DNA of 53,200 nucleotides, filler included, from Sphacelaria rigidula (lineage: Eukaryota): the NCBI GenBank assembly GCA_964200075.2. It is 4 parts of 4 records of this genome, joined end to end, with 100 filler letters (N's around TTAATTAATTAA, not from the genome) between each part and the next. Parts side by side here need not be neighbours in the genome. Positions count along the whole stretch, not along the records: positions 1 to 13,226 come from CAXNAA020003052.1; 3 more parts are not named here. One strand, 5' to 3'. Both the position numbers and the translations under genes were made by a program. The notes under the pieces were generated by a model. That model was not told where the DNA came from. It saw only the letters and a program-made list of their open reading frames with translations, and made no database searches. Below, piece by piece: positions 1-11,732 of this stretch; position 1 is the stretch's first letter; every line of letters begins with the position of its first letter.

Positions 1-145
1 AGAGGAGAAGACGTCGGAAAAAACACCCGGGATACCCCCCCCCCCACCCCCAAAAAGGGATGCGTGGTCAATTGTCAAATGACTAAGGCAAGCAACAAAT
101 GAGTACGCTCCCCCCCCCCACCCCCAAACACACCCCCAAACACAC

Positions 146-3100
146 CTTCCGCCCTCTTGACACAGCAGGGGTAGCAGGGGCTTGCTCCTCAACCATCACC
201 GCCGGCTCTCGGCTCTTGCCGCTCCTTGTGCTCCCCCCCTTCCGGCGCTTCGTCGCCTTCTGGAATATATCCTCATCATTGTCATCCTTCGGTGAATCCT
301 CCACATCCATCCCCTCGCTAGATTCCCTCACCGCCCCTCGTCCGCCTGCTTTCCGGTCCCGCGCGCTCCTTCTCACTTCCTCGGTGTTTCCTTCGTTTTG
401 CAATTCTTCCGCAGCTACATCCGCCCTGCGCTTCCTGCTCCCCCGACCTCCACCCTTAGCAGCCGCAGCAGCACCACTATCGCCGCCGCCTCGACCCCTT
501 CGCCCCGCATTACTCTCCTCTTTTGCCCCGTCATCCGTCGCCTCTCCGTCACCCGCGGTGGCCTGATGCGATGATCTCGTGCGCGTGCGTAGAGCCGTCG
601 ATCCCCCGGAGGAAGATCGCGCGGCTACAGTCTTCCGCGAAGACTTTCTAGTGCTGGCAGGTTCAGCCTCGACCTCCTTAGGTACCGCGGCTGCGGCCAT
701 GGCGGCCGTGGAACTCCTCCGGCCGCGTTTGGAGGCGTTTCCTGCAGGTGACACGGGGTTGCTCGTCTCGAACCCGGTCGTCTCTTCCGTTCCCGAGGCG
801 CTCGTTCCCGAGGAAAGGGCGCTTCGTCGCCTTTTCCCGCCGCGTTGGCTCGCTGCCGCATTCACTGACTCCTTTTGCTTTGTGGCTTCGTCCAGCTTTT
901 CATGACCCGCTGTCACCGTAGAAGTAGGCGTGGACGCACGTTCCGGTGTGCTAGACAGCTCGTCGAAGTGCTTTGGTCTGGCTCTGCGGCGACCGCTCGA
1001 TCGTACGGCAGTCGCCGGGGTGGAGGGAGCGCGTTCGCACACCGCCACTTCTTTTCGTATGTCGGGTTCGCCGCTCTGCAGCTCGGCCTCTCTTTTGCCT
1101 TCCTCCTCGACGTCGCCCTTTTCCTCATGCTCTCGGTCTTCTTCACCTTCCGCATCCACTGTACTAACTTCCCCGTCCTCGGCCGGGTCTTTGTGATCAA
1201 CTTCTGGTGCGCCCGTTGCGTGGGCATCGATCAAGGGCAAAATGGCGCCAGCGGAAGCATCGCGTCCTGCGTGATCCACCGTTGCCGGCGCGGCGCTCGC
1301 CGAACCTCCACCATCAGCATCAGTCGCAACATCCATAGTAGCAGCCCTTAAATCCGTTTCCTTGGCATCCATTTCTTCTGGTCCATCTTCGGCGGGACGC
1401 TCCGCCATTGAGGCGGTACCAACTGCAGTTATGGCGGCGGTGTTTGCCCCCTCCTGCATGTTATCTCCTGGCGGGGCAACCTCATTCTGATCCCCACCCA
1501 CGTCCGGCTCGGTATCCACACCTTCGGTGTCAAGTTCCGCATAAGTCGGCACTATTGCTGTGTCTGGCTCCTCGCAGTCATCTTCGCAATCGTCAAGGTT
1601 AACCTCCTCCTCCGCCGCTTTCGCAGGGGCAACCGCCGCTGGTGGTGGCGGCGGCGGCAGTAGCGAGGGCTCTATCTCCGTATGCGGCTCTTCCTCGGAT
1701 TCGCCCGACTCATCTGCCATGTCGTTGGCCCCGACTCGAGCCGAAGTAGCCGCCGCCCCCATCGCCTCCGTCCTCTGCTGCTCCCGGGCGATAGCCTTCA
1801 TGGCGTCTTCCGTCGTGGTGCGTCGAAGCGTGCCGCCAGGCGATCGTACCTCATCGGGAGTCGACGTTTCTTCCTCTTGGCGGTGTTCTTCGGTGCTCTC
1901 CTTGGCCAACGAGCCGTCCTTATCATCATTATCCGACGGTGGCGCGATCGATACAGTACCAGGTGAAGCCGCCATTGCTGGATGCCCCGAGCGGACACTT
2001 TCCCTGGCCGCACCTTCCCCATCATCTGTGTCCACCTCTGTGGCATCCGTCTCCGTACCTGAATCGTCCACCTCAGCGTCGGCCCCGGCATCTCCCTCGG
2101 CAATACCGGCACCACCCGCGGCGATCTGCTGCTGTGCTGGCGAGGTATTTTCCTCATTGGCCTGATTATTGTCCCCCTTCGCCGTCGGCTCCGGGGCCAG
2201 CTGATCCTCGAACCCGGCAAGGTCTTGCCCGGCGGGAATCAACGCTCCGGAAGACACGCTACCAACATCTTCATCGGGATTGCCGGTATGACCCGCGGCG
2301 ATCTGCTGCTGTGATGGCGAGGTGTTTTCCTCATTCGCCTGATTGTTTCCCTCATTCGCCTGATTGTTTTCCGTCGTCGTCGTCGGCTCCGGGGCCAGCT
2401 GATCCTCGAACCCGGCAAGGTCTTGCTTGGCGGGAATCAACGCTCCGGAAGACACGCTACCGACATCTTCATCGGGATTGCCGGTATGACCCGCGGCGAT
2501 CTGCTGCTGTGATGGCGAGGTGTTTTCCTCATTCGCCTGATTGTTTTCCGTCGTCGTCGTCGGCTTCGGGGCCAGCTGATCCTCGAACCCGGCAAGGCCT
2601 TGCTTGGCGGGAATCAAGGCTCCGGAAGACACGCTACCGACATCTTCACCGGGATCGCCGGTATGGCCCGGGGCGATCTGTTCCTGTGCTGGCGAGGTGT
2701 TTTCCTCATTCGCCTGATTGTTTCCCGTTGTCACGGTCGGCTTCGGGGCCAGCTGATCCTCGAACCCGGCAAGGTCCTGCTTGGCGGGAATCAACGCTCC
2801 AGAAGACACGCTACTGCCATCTTCATCGGGATCGCCGGTATAACCGGCGGCGATCTGCTCCTGTGCTGGCGAGGTGTTTTCCTCATTCATCTGGTTATGT
2901 TCGGCGGGAATTAAGGCTCCTGGAGACACACTACTGTCACCTTTACCGGGATCATCACCACCTCCGCCGCCACTCTCACCGTCCGCCTCAGCGCTACTTT
3001 TGCTCTCCTTGGCCTTTCCAGCCTCGGTCTTGTCGCCCTCGCCGTCAAAACTATCCCGTGTATCCAGCAACACAGCGACGGATGAGGCGTGTCCCTCCGA

Positions 3101-4282
3101 TGTGCTCGGAACAGGCTCGAGCGGAAGTAACCCTGGAGACTCCTGCCTTTGTGTGGTGGCGTCTGATGATCCCCCGGGAGATGTTACCCCAGCACCAATA
3201 GGGCACTGCAGCTCCGTCGGCACCCGCAGAGGAGTTTCTGCCGTGCCCCAAGGAGTGACCATGCTACCGCCGTCACTCCGAATACGCGGGTTCGTTGTCG
3301 TGTCCGGCGTACTGGCATCTGCAGTAGCGCTGGGGCTCGTACCCATCTCTTTCTCCTCCTGAGTGTTGAATAGCCCAGCGGTGTCCTCTTCATCCGCGGT
3401 CTCATCGCCATCTTTGGCGTCTCCGCCGGCGATAGCGGACGGATGTTCATCTCCCTTTTGCCCCATGGCGTCATTAGCAGACGGCTCGGCGTTGAAAGAT
3501 GCGGCGGGGGTAGTCGCCGAGACCGCAGTGGCGTTATCAGCGCCTGCGGCATTAATAGTAACGGCAGAGCTATCCACGTCAGCCCCTACGTTCCCTGTGT
3601 GCTCATGGTGTGCCCCTTGTCCCATCGTATCAGCCTGATCGCCGTCGCCGCCCTCCCTCGCCTCCGTTTTCTTCTGCTCCCCATCCTCGTCGTCGGTGTC
3701 CATCGACTCGAGGGCCATGCACTGCGTCGGCGGCTCGTACGGATAAACCCCACGAGTCCCGGGGTCCCCGTCACCGCAAGCATTCTCATTATTTTTACCC
3801 TCACCGTCACCGTCACCGTCACCGTTACCCTCCCCGCCATCGACCGCTGCATCTTCGCCTTCGATTTGGTCAACCTGTGTTTCATCCGCGCCACCATCAG
3901 GAATTTCCTCGCTTTCGTTCACTTGCTCAACCGCCGCTTCTACTGATTGCTGCGGTTGCCCCTCTTCAGCGATGGCGGTAAGAGGTGCGATATCTCCAAG
4001 TGGCTCCGTGTCCCGCTGGTTGTCGTCGCCGCCACCACCAGTGCTGTCACTACCCCCGGCCGCCGCCGCGGGTTCTTCATCCCCGCTTGGCATGGCCTCA
4101 CTGGGGGCTTGAGTATCTACATCATAAACCATGTCGCCAGGGAACTGAGTATCCACGTCGTAAATGTTGACACTGCCATCGTCAGCGCGAGTGTCGTCGG
4201 CGGCGGTGGTAGCGGAGGCGGCCGCCGCGGGTTCGGGGAGCGCTGGCGGCGGTGCGGGTGCCGGTACCGGACCCATGACCAC
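146..4282 (-). CDS. FHA-domain MDC1-like protein, giant exon 4 (1379 aa, acidic and disordered, TQ motifs, 59-aa repeats, basic C-terminal part). Gene continues off the contig.
   Basis: 4.1-kb open frame with pyrimidine-rich TTCCAG acceptor at 4283, in phase with exon 3, and AAG|GTGTG donor at 145. Confidence 0.88.
2110..2945 (-). repeat. Coding tandem repeat, 177-bp (59-aa) unit, about 4.5 copies
   Basis: Anchor GCGATCTG at 2121, 2298, 2496, 2673 and 2850 (spacings 177, 198, 177, 177). One unit has an extra 21-bp duplication. Confidence 0.95.
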
Positions 4283-4894
4283 CTGGAATTAAGAGGGGGT
4301 AACACACACGAGATAGCCGAGCATGCGTAAAGCAGATTGCACAGTTTGATATTTGGAACGATTTCGCACCAGGTGAAATGATTCACTGAAGTGCCGACAA
4401 GAATACCGCAGAGATCGCAAGGAGTGCAGTTGATACGAGTGGGCGATCGCGTGGTGGTGATGTATCCTTCGTCGCGTCACTGGCGGCGGAGACACAGAAT
4501 CATACGATACTGCGTGGAACTCCGTTTCGTACACATACAGGACCATACTTTTCTTCGCAATGCGGTGCAGCACAGGACAGTACTGCAGTGAGTCGTACCA
4601 GTCTTGGACATAGTCAGCCCGCCACACAATTGCAGGAAGGACAATTCCTCAACGAACAGACCTCAGAACGCCCACAGTGTCGGGGATTTAAAAATGCTGG
4701 TACGTGATATTCAAACAATGATGAGGCCGGCCCTCTCTCTAAAAAAATCTACCCAAAACGTTGGTATCACTGTGCACACATGACAAAAAAACATAAGTAT
4801 TCACCACTTGGTCGATTAGAACCTGCCCGGAATTTCATTACTTCATTTGAGTGTAAACACCAGTATTCGGATCTTTAGTGGAGTTGAGAGCCCC

Positions 4895-5058
4895 AACTGC
4901 TCCTAGCGTGCGCAGAACGCGTTTTCGTCAAATTCGGCGCCTGGGGGGTGATTTGAGGTCTGTCAACGCCACATTGTGCCTTGGGATCGCCTTGTACCCC
5001 CGGTGTCCGAGGGCTCTCGGTATGCCTTGGGTTGGGGTTAGGGTTAGCGTTAGCGTTA
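4895..5058 (+). repeat. Dispersed ~170-bp repeat ending in degenerate (GGGTTA)n
   Basis: Aligns by eye with 12722-12870 (+) and 28247-28420 (-). Confidence 0.65.
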
Positions 5059-5434
5059 ATTCGAAAAAATAGATTTCCGAGAAATTCTTCAAGGAGTCAA
5101 TCGATCAAGTGGTGAACACACCTTCGAAAAACGATTTTGGTTGTTTAAGGGGGTGCGGTTTCCCGCCTATTTACTTGGATCAAGTACTGCACCCAACCCG
5201 AAATCCATCGCACAAAAAAGTCGGAACTGAAAAATAAGAAAATACACTCCCCCAAGCTATGGCGTATGACACACATCGGTCGCCGTCTATATAGAGAGGG
5301 GTAAAGGCGCCATCACCCGCGACTGCTGTCATCGCTACTGCCCATGTCGGCCAAGAGACCTTAAAACACTAACCTTGTGTGTGCACAGATGGAAGCAACC
5401 CACTAACCTGAAACAGGGTTAAGGGGTAAACAGA

Positions 5435-6374
5435 CGGCACTGGGCCCACAGATAGGGGCAAGATTTATGAATTGCAAAGTTTCTCGACCAATCAGAGTCT
5501 TTGAATACACCAAAATGCGGCGACCTTCCCTTAATCAGATGAGAGATATGAGTAGCAGGTAGGTCAAAAAGCAGGTTCGATTGGTCCAGACATTGCGCCG
5601 CTGCGACACAGACAGCTGCTACCGGCAATATACGAGGATACAGCAGCTCCGTGCTGGCTCAGTTTGTTTGTCCCAACGTGCACGCACCCGCCTGGCGTGT
5701 CTTCCCCGATCACAGCACCCGACTATAACTGAAGTACCAGAGAAGACTCAACAGACAGCTGTACAGCCGTCACGTGACGATTGTTTCAACCTTTCTTTGT
5801 TTTGACAGCACCTTGCCCCACCCCAATTCTGTGCAGCCCGAAACACGGCATGCAGATGCAGCAGTACAACTGCTCAGGCACTCTCCAGTGCACATCGCAC
5901 CGTGATCGTCGTAGAGGGTTTAGATGCCCAACGGCACAGCGAGAACTACAGCATAGAAATGATGGGTTTGGGGAGCGCCTTATTCCTTCGACTCGAGACG
6001 AAACAGCCAACACACCATGGACGTTTCAACGGTGCGTGTAGAGAGCACGGCGTGCCGACAATATGATTTTTCATAGAGACGAATGGCATGACAATATCAA
6101 GCTACTCAGGCCCTCCCAGCGGAGATCAAACCGTCTCCACGAGGGCCTGAAGACGCCACAGCGCAGCGAAGCCCATAGCACACAAAACAGAGCATGAGTG
6201 TGCTTGTGCTGCAGCACAATGGTACAGGACATGTCCCATTCGATAGTTCTTTCCCTGACTTCGGGTGGGTCCTCGATTTTTGCCCAGTGGCGATTTTTCA
6301 ACGCTCGGCCATAATCGCGCTTCGCGCGAAGATATTTTAATTCACTTTGAGTTTACCCCTATCTGTGGGAGGTG
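5435..6374 (+). mobile_element. ~0.9-kb non-coding dispersed repeat (probable non-autonomous DNA transposon), intronic
   Basis: Colinear similarity over its whole length with 29766-30660 on another contig. Confidence 0.8.
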
Positions 6375-6443
6375 AGCCAAACAGACTGCCGAAGACCTGC
6401 AGATTAGGAGAACGCTCATGGTGCAAACTTGTGCACTTCTTAC

Positions 6444-6575
6444 CTTGCATGTCACGCTGCCAAATTGGACTTGGCAGCCGTCCACCGGGAGCATGGTAGC
6501 CTTCTTCGGCGGGAGACGGGTGCTCGTGCCGGTTTCCGCATTTATCACATAAGTTCCGTTCATGCTACGGAGGTC
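6444..6575 (-). CDS. FHA-domain MDC1-like protein, exon 3 (DLRSMNGTYVI...VQFGSVTCK)
   Basis: CTGCAG acceptor and AAG|GTAAG donor; 132 bp, phase 0/0. FHA DLxSxNGT motif and terminal FG. Confidence 0.9.
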
Positions 6576-7057
6576 CTGCAGTGTTTAGATCGGCACGGGA
6601 TGGGTGGCTTTACTTGGTGCCGTATGCGCCGAGGCCAACAACATTTGGTTTCTGTATGACTGAAAAAAAAATAACAAGATCTCGTGGAACAGGGGGCGAG
6701 GAGGGGTCATTTGGGGCATCTTTGTCGGGGGTGCTCGTGTTTTCGACATGAAGTGGTCCACTTTTGACCCGACATCATTTATTCATCTATGCATTCATGC
6801 ATCCACACCCCTTGAAATTGATCAAGGAATAATTGTGCATATGAATCATACCTCGCCGTCAAAAATGTCATTGCGCCATGAATTATGACCCTTTCTGCAT
6901 GGCATATTTGTCAACAAGCACATGTATATATATATTATATATATGCACACACATCAGAACCTGAATCGAAACTAAACGACCGTCAACATGGACATTATCG
7001 GTCTCTCAGGGAGACGCACCAGTCACGCCGTGTGTGTCACAGAAGGAAACCTCCCAC

Positions 7058-7185
7058 CTTGAGCGTAACACGCCTGCCGCCACCACCCGGTAGTTCGATA
7101 ACATCAATTGCCGCGTGCATGCCGGAAACACTAGGGTGCGCGATGGTTACGTCTGGCTCCTCCTTCCGCCCGAGAGTCGTCTCCC
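7058..7185 (-). CDS. FHA-domain MDC1-like protein, exon 2 (GETTLGRKEEPDVTIAHPSVSGMHAAIDVI...)
   Basis: CAG acceptor and AAG|GTGGG donor. Contains the FHA GR and SxxHA signatures. Confidence 0.88.
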
Positions 7186-7961
7186 CTGGTGCGTCACAGG
7201 AACAACGCAGTTATACAATACTCATGCGTTAACTTGCAATTATGACGCACTTCACGAGCCTTTTGCTCACAGGTGTCGAGTAACGTTGTCCAACTAACTT
7301 GTGCTGTGCGGTAGATAAGGTACAGTTTTCGAATCACTCACAGCCGATCATTTTCTTCAAACGTCGAATGACCAGGCTTGGGTCGAATCCTTCACCGACG
7401 GATGCTTGCCACAAGTCGATCCAATCCGCAGCGTTTCCCCACTTGAGGAATGTAACATGCGCTCACAGGGTATCATTTTATACAAAACGCTGATCTATCC
7501 CTAGGGGCAAGGCGCCGCTGAGCGCAAAGTGCTGTTTTGACAATCAACCCGCTGCCAACTTCAGTGAGGACATTCGCGGTACAATGTGCACTGTGTAGGA
7601 AAGGCATAAACAAAACGCTGCGTGAACAGCGAGGTTCACAAAAGAGAAAGGAGACTTCGTTGACATCACGTGTATATCGGCGTTGAGAAGTGCATTTTTT
7701 TCGTCGTGCTTGCTGTGACAAAATAGTAGCTGGTCATTCACCTGCCTTTTGGTCCTATGGTGGCTAGAAACGTTAGTGAAGCCAAGGCCTGCCGATGTAG
7801 CAGGCCAGTCTGCAAAAAATATATATGGGGTAAAATAAATTGCGGGAAAGCGGGAAAGCTGGTTGATCCAAGGCTCACCTCAACCCATTCGGGTCTGACC
7901 CTCACGAACGACCAAAAGCGCATTGTTCTGGCTGGTCGTTGGGGTGTGTCTTAGCACATTG

Positions 7962-8110
7962 TTTTTCGATCGAAATAGTGCGGTAGAAAACAAATATTTG
8001 GATGTGATCGGTCGTGATTTCAATCATCTTCAAAATAAATTACGATAGGTGACATCACGACCTATAAGATTGGACTTTCCCTTTTCCACCGCACATTTTC
8101 GATCGAAAAA
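7962..8110. mobile_element. ~150-bp MITE with 29-bp imperfect TIRs
   Basis: TTTTTCGATCGAAATAGTGCGGTAGAAAA ... TTTTCCACCGCACATTTTCGATCGAAAAA (3 mismatches). Confidence 0.7.
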
Positions 8111-9462
8111 TAATGCGCCAAGACACGCCCCAACTGCAGAGGATAAGGGGCATGATCGAAAAGAGCCACGTGTACCCCATACTGGTCACAGTGAGTTCCA
8201 CAGCAATACAGCACAGTGGTAGGAGAGCAACTCTTGGTCGCTCTGCCTTACGGGACAACGCTCGTACAGCAGTACAATACCATGAGATGAATGAAGGACA
8301 GAACTGTATTATAGCACACGAAGGTGTAGGCAGTACTCGTATAGCAGTGCAGTACGCTAGGATGAACGAAAGTGCAGCATAGTATTATAATCTGAGAAGT
8401 ATACCGTAGGGAGACATTGACCCGAAAGGGAAGTGTTAACCGTTTGGCCGCGGTAGGTGTCCACTTGCGGAATCGGCGTCATTTTCGCTCGAAAAAGGTG
8501 GAGCACAACTCAGTACCACGCCGCACCGCACCGCACAGTACGGTGCAACCCTACAAAATATCATAATCTGTGACTAACCATGTCACTGACAGACGTGACT
8601 CCAGGCTCGATGTCAGGGCAGCACCAACGTGTCTTGCGGGGTGATGGACAACAACGAGCGAGCAGTATAGCGTGCGCACCAGCTTGCGTGCAGTAATTGC
8701 TGGCGGCTTGTGCCCCCGATCACGGTAATGTCAGTCGCGCCTGGACAGGGAATACAGGAGCGGCGGCCTCTGCCATTGCTGCGTATTGCAGTCGTCGCGT
8801 ACGCTCGGTCCACCCGATTTCTCAGCTGCTGATCGATGTAGGTATATTTGTCGGGTTCGCTATGCTTTGTGTCGGTCTACAGAGGCAGGATTTTCGCAGA
8901 CTTTCGCCTACGCTCAAGTCAGAGCATGCTATCCTCCTCTACAAATTCCAAGAGTTTCCCTGTACACGATCAAGTATTTTTGACAATGGAAGGACCCAGA
9001 TCACCTAAACACTGCACCCGCGTCTGGTTGGCCCCTCTGTGTGGAGTCACTTGATTATTATACTTGGCATATCCTCGCCTCGGCACGCTTTTCCTCAACG
9101 ATAAATCAGCCGTTTTTGGTCGCTGGCGACTTAATCGCTTCACTCTCGCTGATTTGAGTGATGACCAAAAAAAAAAACACTACCTACACTCATGTACTCG
9201 CAGTGCGAACAAGACGTGGAGCCCAAAAGGGTGAAGCATAACTTTGTAACCGCTTGGCGGGAGACCAGCTACTGGCTCTAGGAAGGTGCCCATAAGTGGT
9301 ACAACTGTACGATGTGGTAGGTGTACAGTAGCCAACATGACGAGATCGATTGAAGACATCCTTTCAGGGCTTTCTATTGCCAAGCGAGCCGTGGTGACGC
9401 ATTCGCCGTGAAGGATAGTTGAAGAAATTTCTCGGAAACTTGTGATTTTGAATTAACGTCAA

Positions 9463-9565
9463 ACCTTAGACCGCGAGGGTAATCCATCTGGATCATGGAT
9501 ACTTTTTTCAACTGAAAGTGATGCCGATTCAGCAGATTATCTACTCCTGTATCGCTGTCTAATGG
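9463..9565. mobile_element. Degenerate copy of the piggyBac-type MITE
   Basis: CCTTAGACCGCG start, shared core TGATGCCGATTCA, TTAA on the right. Confidence 0.7.
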
Positions 9566-10806
9566 TTAACCGTAACCCTGAGGCTGTGTCTGATTGAGGT
9601 CAACAGAAGCGGGAAAAGGAACAAGCTTCCAAAAGCAGAATGTTGATTAATCACCGGGCGGGTCTACGGCTGCGGCGACTGATCAACATGCTGCTTTTGG
9701 AAGTTCGATCCTTTTCCCGCTTCTTTTCCTTGTTTTGGTATAACACGGCCTACACCCCCCAGCATCATCATGGTAACCGTGTGATCCCGAGATTAGGGGA
9801 TCGAGAGACCGTACAAGTAGTGGCCGCCACAAATTCTGAATCGAAAGTAAATTCCACGACCAGTTTTGGACGACTTACCAGTTAACCGGTCGTTGGGGGC
9901 CCTAACACAGACCCACGCTTGGCTCTTCGGCACTTTTGCTCCACCCATCCAATCGCGACCGTTAAGGTGAACATTTGCAAGGGTTCATTCATCTTGAATA
10001 CAAGTGCCTAACAAGTCACCGCTCTACAGCGGTGCAACCGCGTTGTTGCACCAAGTACGGCTAGTAACACCCCCGATACGTTCTTGGCGTTTCGATGTGT
10101 GACCACGGCTGGATCAATCAATTGAATCAGTTATCAATCAACAAAACCCGTGTTGCCCTGACGACACGAAATTGAAAGTAGTTCCTGCAAATAATCCACC
10201 TCTTCAACCAATATCCACCGATGTTAGCACTATTGAGTAAAAAGAAGAAGAATCTTTGAAATAATCCCAAATTAGTCGAGGTAAAATCATGTGTCCATTC
10301 AAACGCAAATACTGTGAAGATTTTCGTGCACGAGACTGTACCGTGAGCTGTCGGCTCTCTCCTTGGAAACGGTGCTGCCATGTACCACTATGTGAACCTG
10401 ACAAAGAAAGCGTCAACCACGACGAGTATTACCTCGGCCGAAGGCAAAAGTACGGTACTGAACTGTACTATTATACACTGCAGTTGCCCTACAAGCGCTG
10501 TCTGTACTACTTTTGTCCTACGAGTATGAGTAACCGGGGTGGTGTACAGGAATGACGGAAACTGAAAGCGATTTTCAAACTAAACGGCGGAACATCAATA
10601 CTTGTAGTTTGTTCCGCATTTCATGTGCAAATTAGAGCAAATTCGTGTATTTGTACAACGAAAAAAAGAGCAGGCCAGAATTCAAAAAAACATACGGACG
10701 AACCAATGTACATGAAGCCCCTTCGGCGCATAAGTGGACACGATGGGCAGCCGAGTAGATACAGCTGCAGAAGAATGTGTATTACACGCATATAGCCTCC
10801 ACTTGC

Positions 10807-10939
10807 CGTCATATATATCTCTGGCTGACCAGCCCAACTCCGAGTCAAAAGGCGGGAGGAGCTTGATGTGGCAGACTATCTCCTTTTTTTCGGCATCGTC
10901 CTCATCACTGAAGTCCATCATGCCCATGTGTTGCGTCAT
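10807..10939 (-). CDS. FHA-domain MDC1-like protein, coding exon 1 (MTQHMGMMDFSDEDD...ARDIYD-G)
   Basis: ATG at 10939; 133 bp ending in phase 1 at a GC donor (CG|GCAAGT). Joining to the next exon gives DIYDGETTLGR, a typical start of an FHA domain. Confidence 0.7.
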
Positions 10940-11618
10940 GACCCCCACGCCACCGCCGACAGCAACGAAATAACTTAATCTTTACGGCAGACACCTCGAT
11001 ATCCCACGGATGTTTCAGTACAGTACACCGTCTGCCTCGCAAGCGGAGAGCAACGACACCGCTACGACAAAGTACAACGGAAAACGTTGGGGACAGACCC
11101 CTTAATCCACATTCGTCAACATATCGTTTTCAAAACCCGTGATCATGAAACCAAAAAGTGAGTTGTGAACCAAGTGTGAACACAGGTATTTCTGAAAGCC
11201 AATATAAAGACCGGGAAAATGACAAGAATCACAACACGATAAAAATTATATTCATTTTCTCTTTCATGATATGCATTAGTCTTTGCTAGTTAGTTTGAGG
11301 GCCTTAGTTTCACAGCGATGTGAATCTCAATATTTTCACCTTCATATATCTCGTTCATAGACCCAGACAACTAAATGCCACGCTTTTTAATATGTCTGCA
11401 TCCAACATTGTTGCTGAACGCGGTCGTCCAACCGGTTCGGTCAAGGTCTGGTGGCGAAAAGGTCCATTTCTTTGACATTGCGGGGGTTCGTCTTGACCTT
11501 TACTGGCGTGCAATATCCCCTCATCGTGAGTGCACCCTATTTTTCGACGTGGCGAACTGTGTGTAGCTTGCTGCGGCACGGTGTCCAACGAGAACCTTGA
11601 GGAGCAGAAAGAACCAGG

Positions 11619-11732
11619 ATGGCGACACGGGACTTAACTAGGCGCTTTGCCGAGCTGAGGGTTTTGAGGCATGGAATAGGCGGAGAGACCAAACGACCCG
11701 GAGATAGCTTCAGTGAGAGTGGACTGCTAGAC
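11619..11732 (+). CDS. STX16: Syntaxin-16/Tlg2/SYP4-type Qa-SNARE, exon 1 (MATRDLTRRFAELR...)
   Basis: The MATRxLTxxF N-peptide is characteristic of STX16/SYP4x. GAC|GTGAGT donor. Downstream exons were not found before the contig end. Confidence 0.72.

Noticed and set aside
1939..3201. 420-aa + strand ORF and other antisense ORFs over the large GC-rich exons (also 37000-39000 and 48350-48900)
   Set aside because: Shadow ORFs of GC-rich or repetitive coding sequence; no splice or motif support.
5030..5058. True telomere
   Set aside because: Only a few degenerate units, interstitial and attached to a dispersed repeat.
7742..7809. Possible extra exon in the FHA gene (good TTTTTGCAG acceptor and CAG|GTGAA donor)
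   Set aside because: At 68 bp it would shift the frame between exons 1 and 2 and interrupt the DIYDGETTLGR join. It could at most be a poison exon; unsupported.
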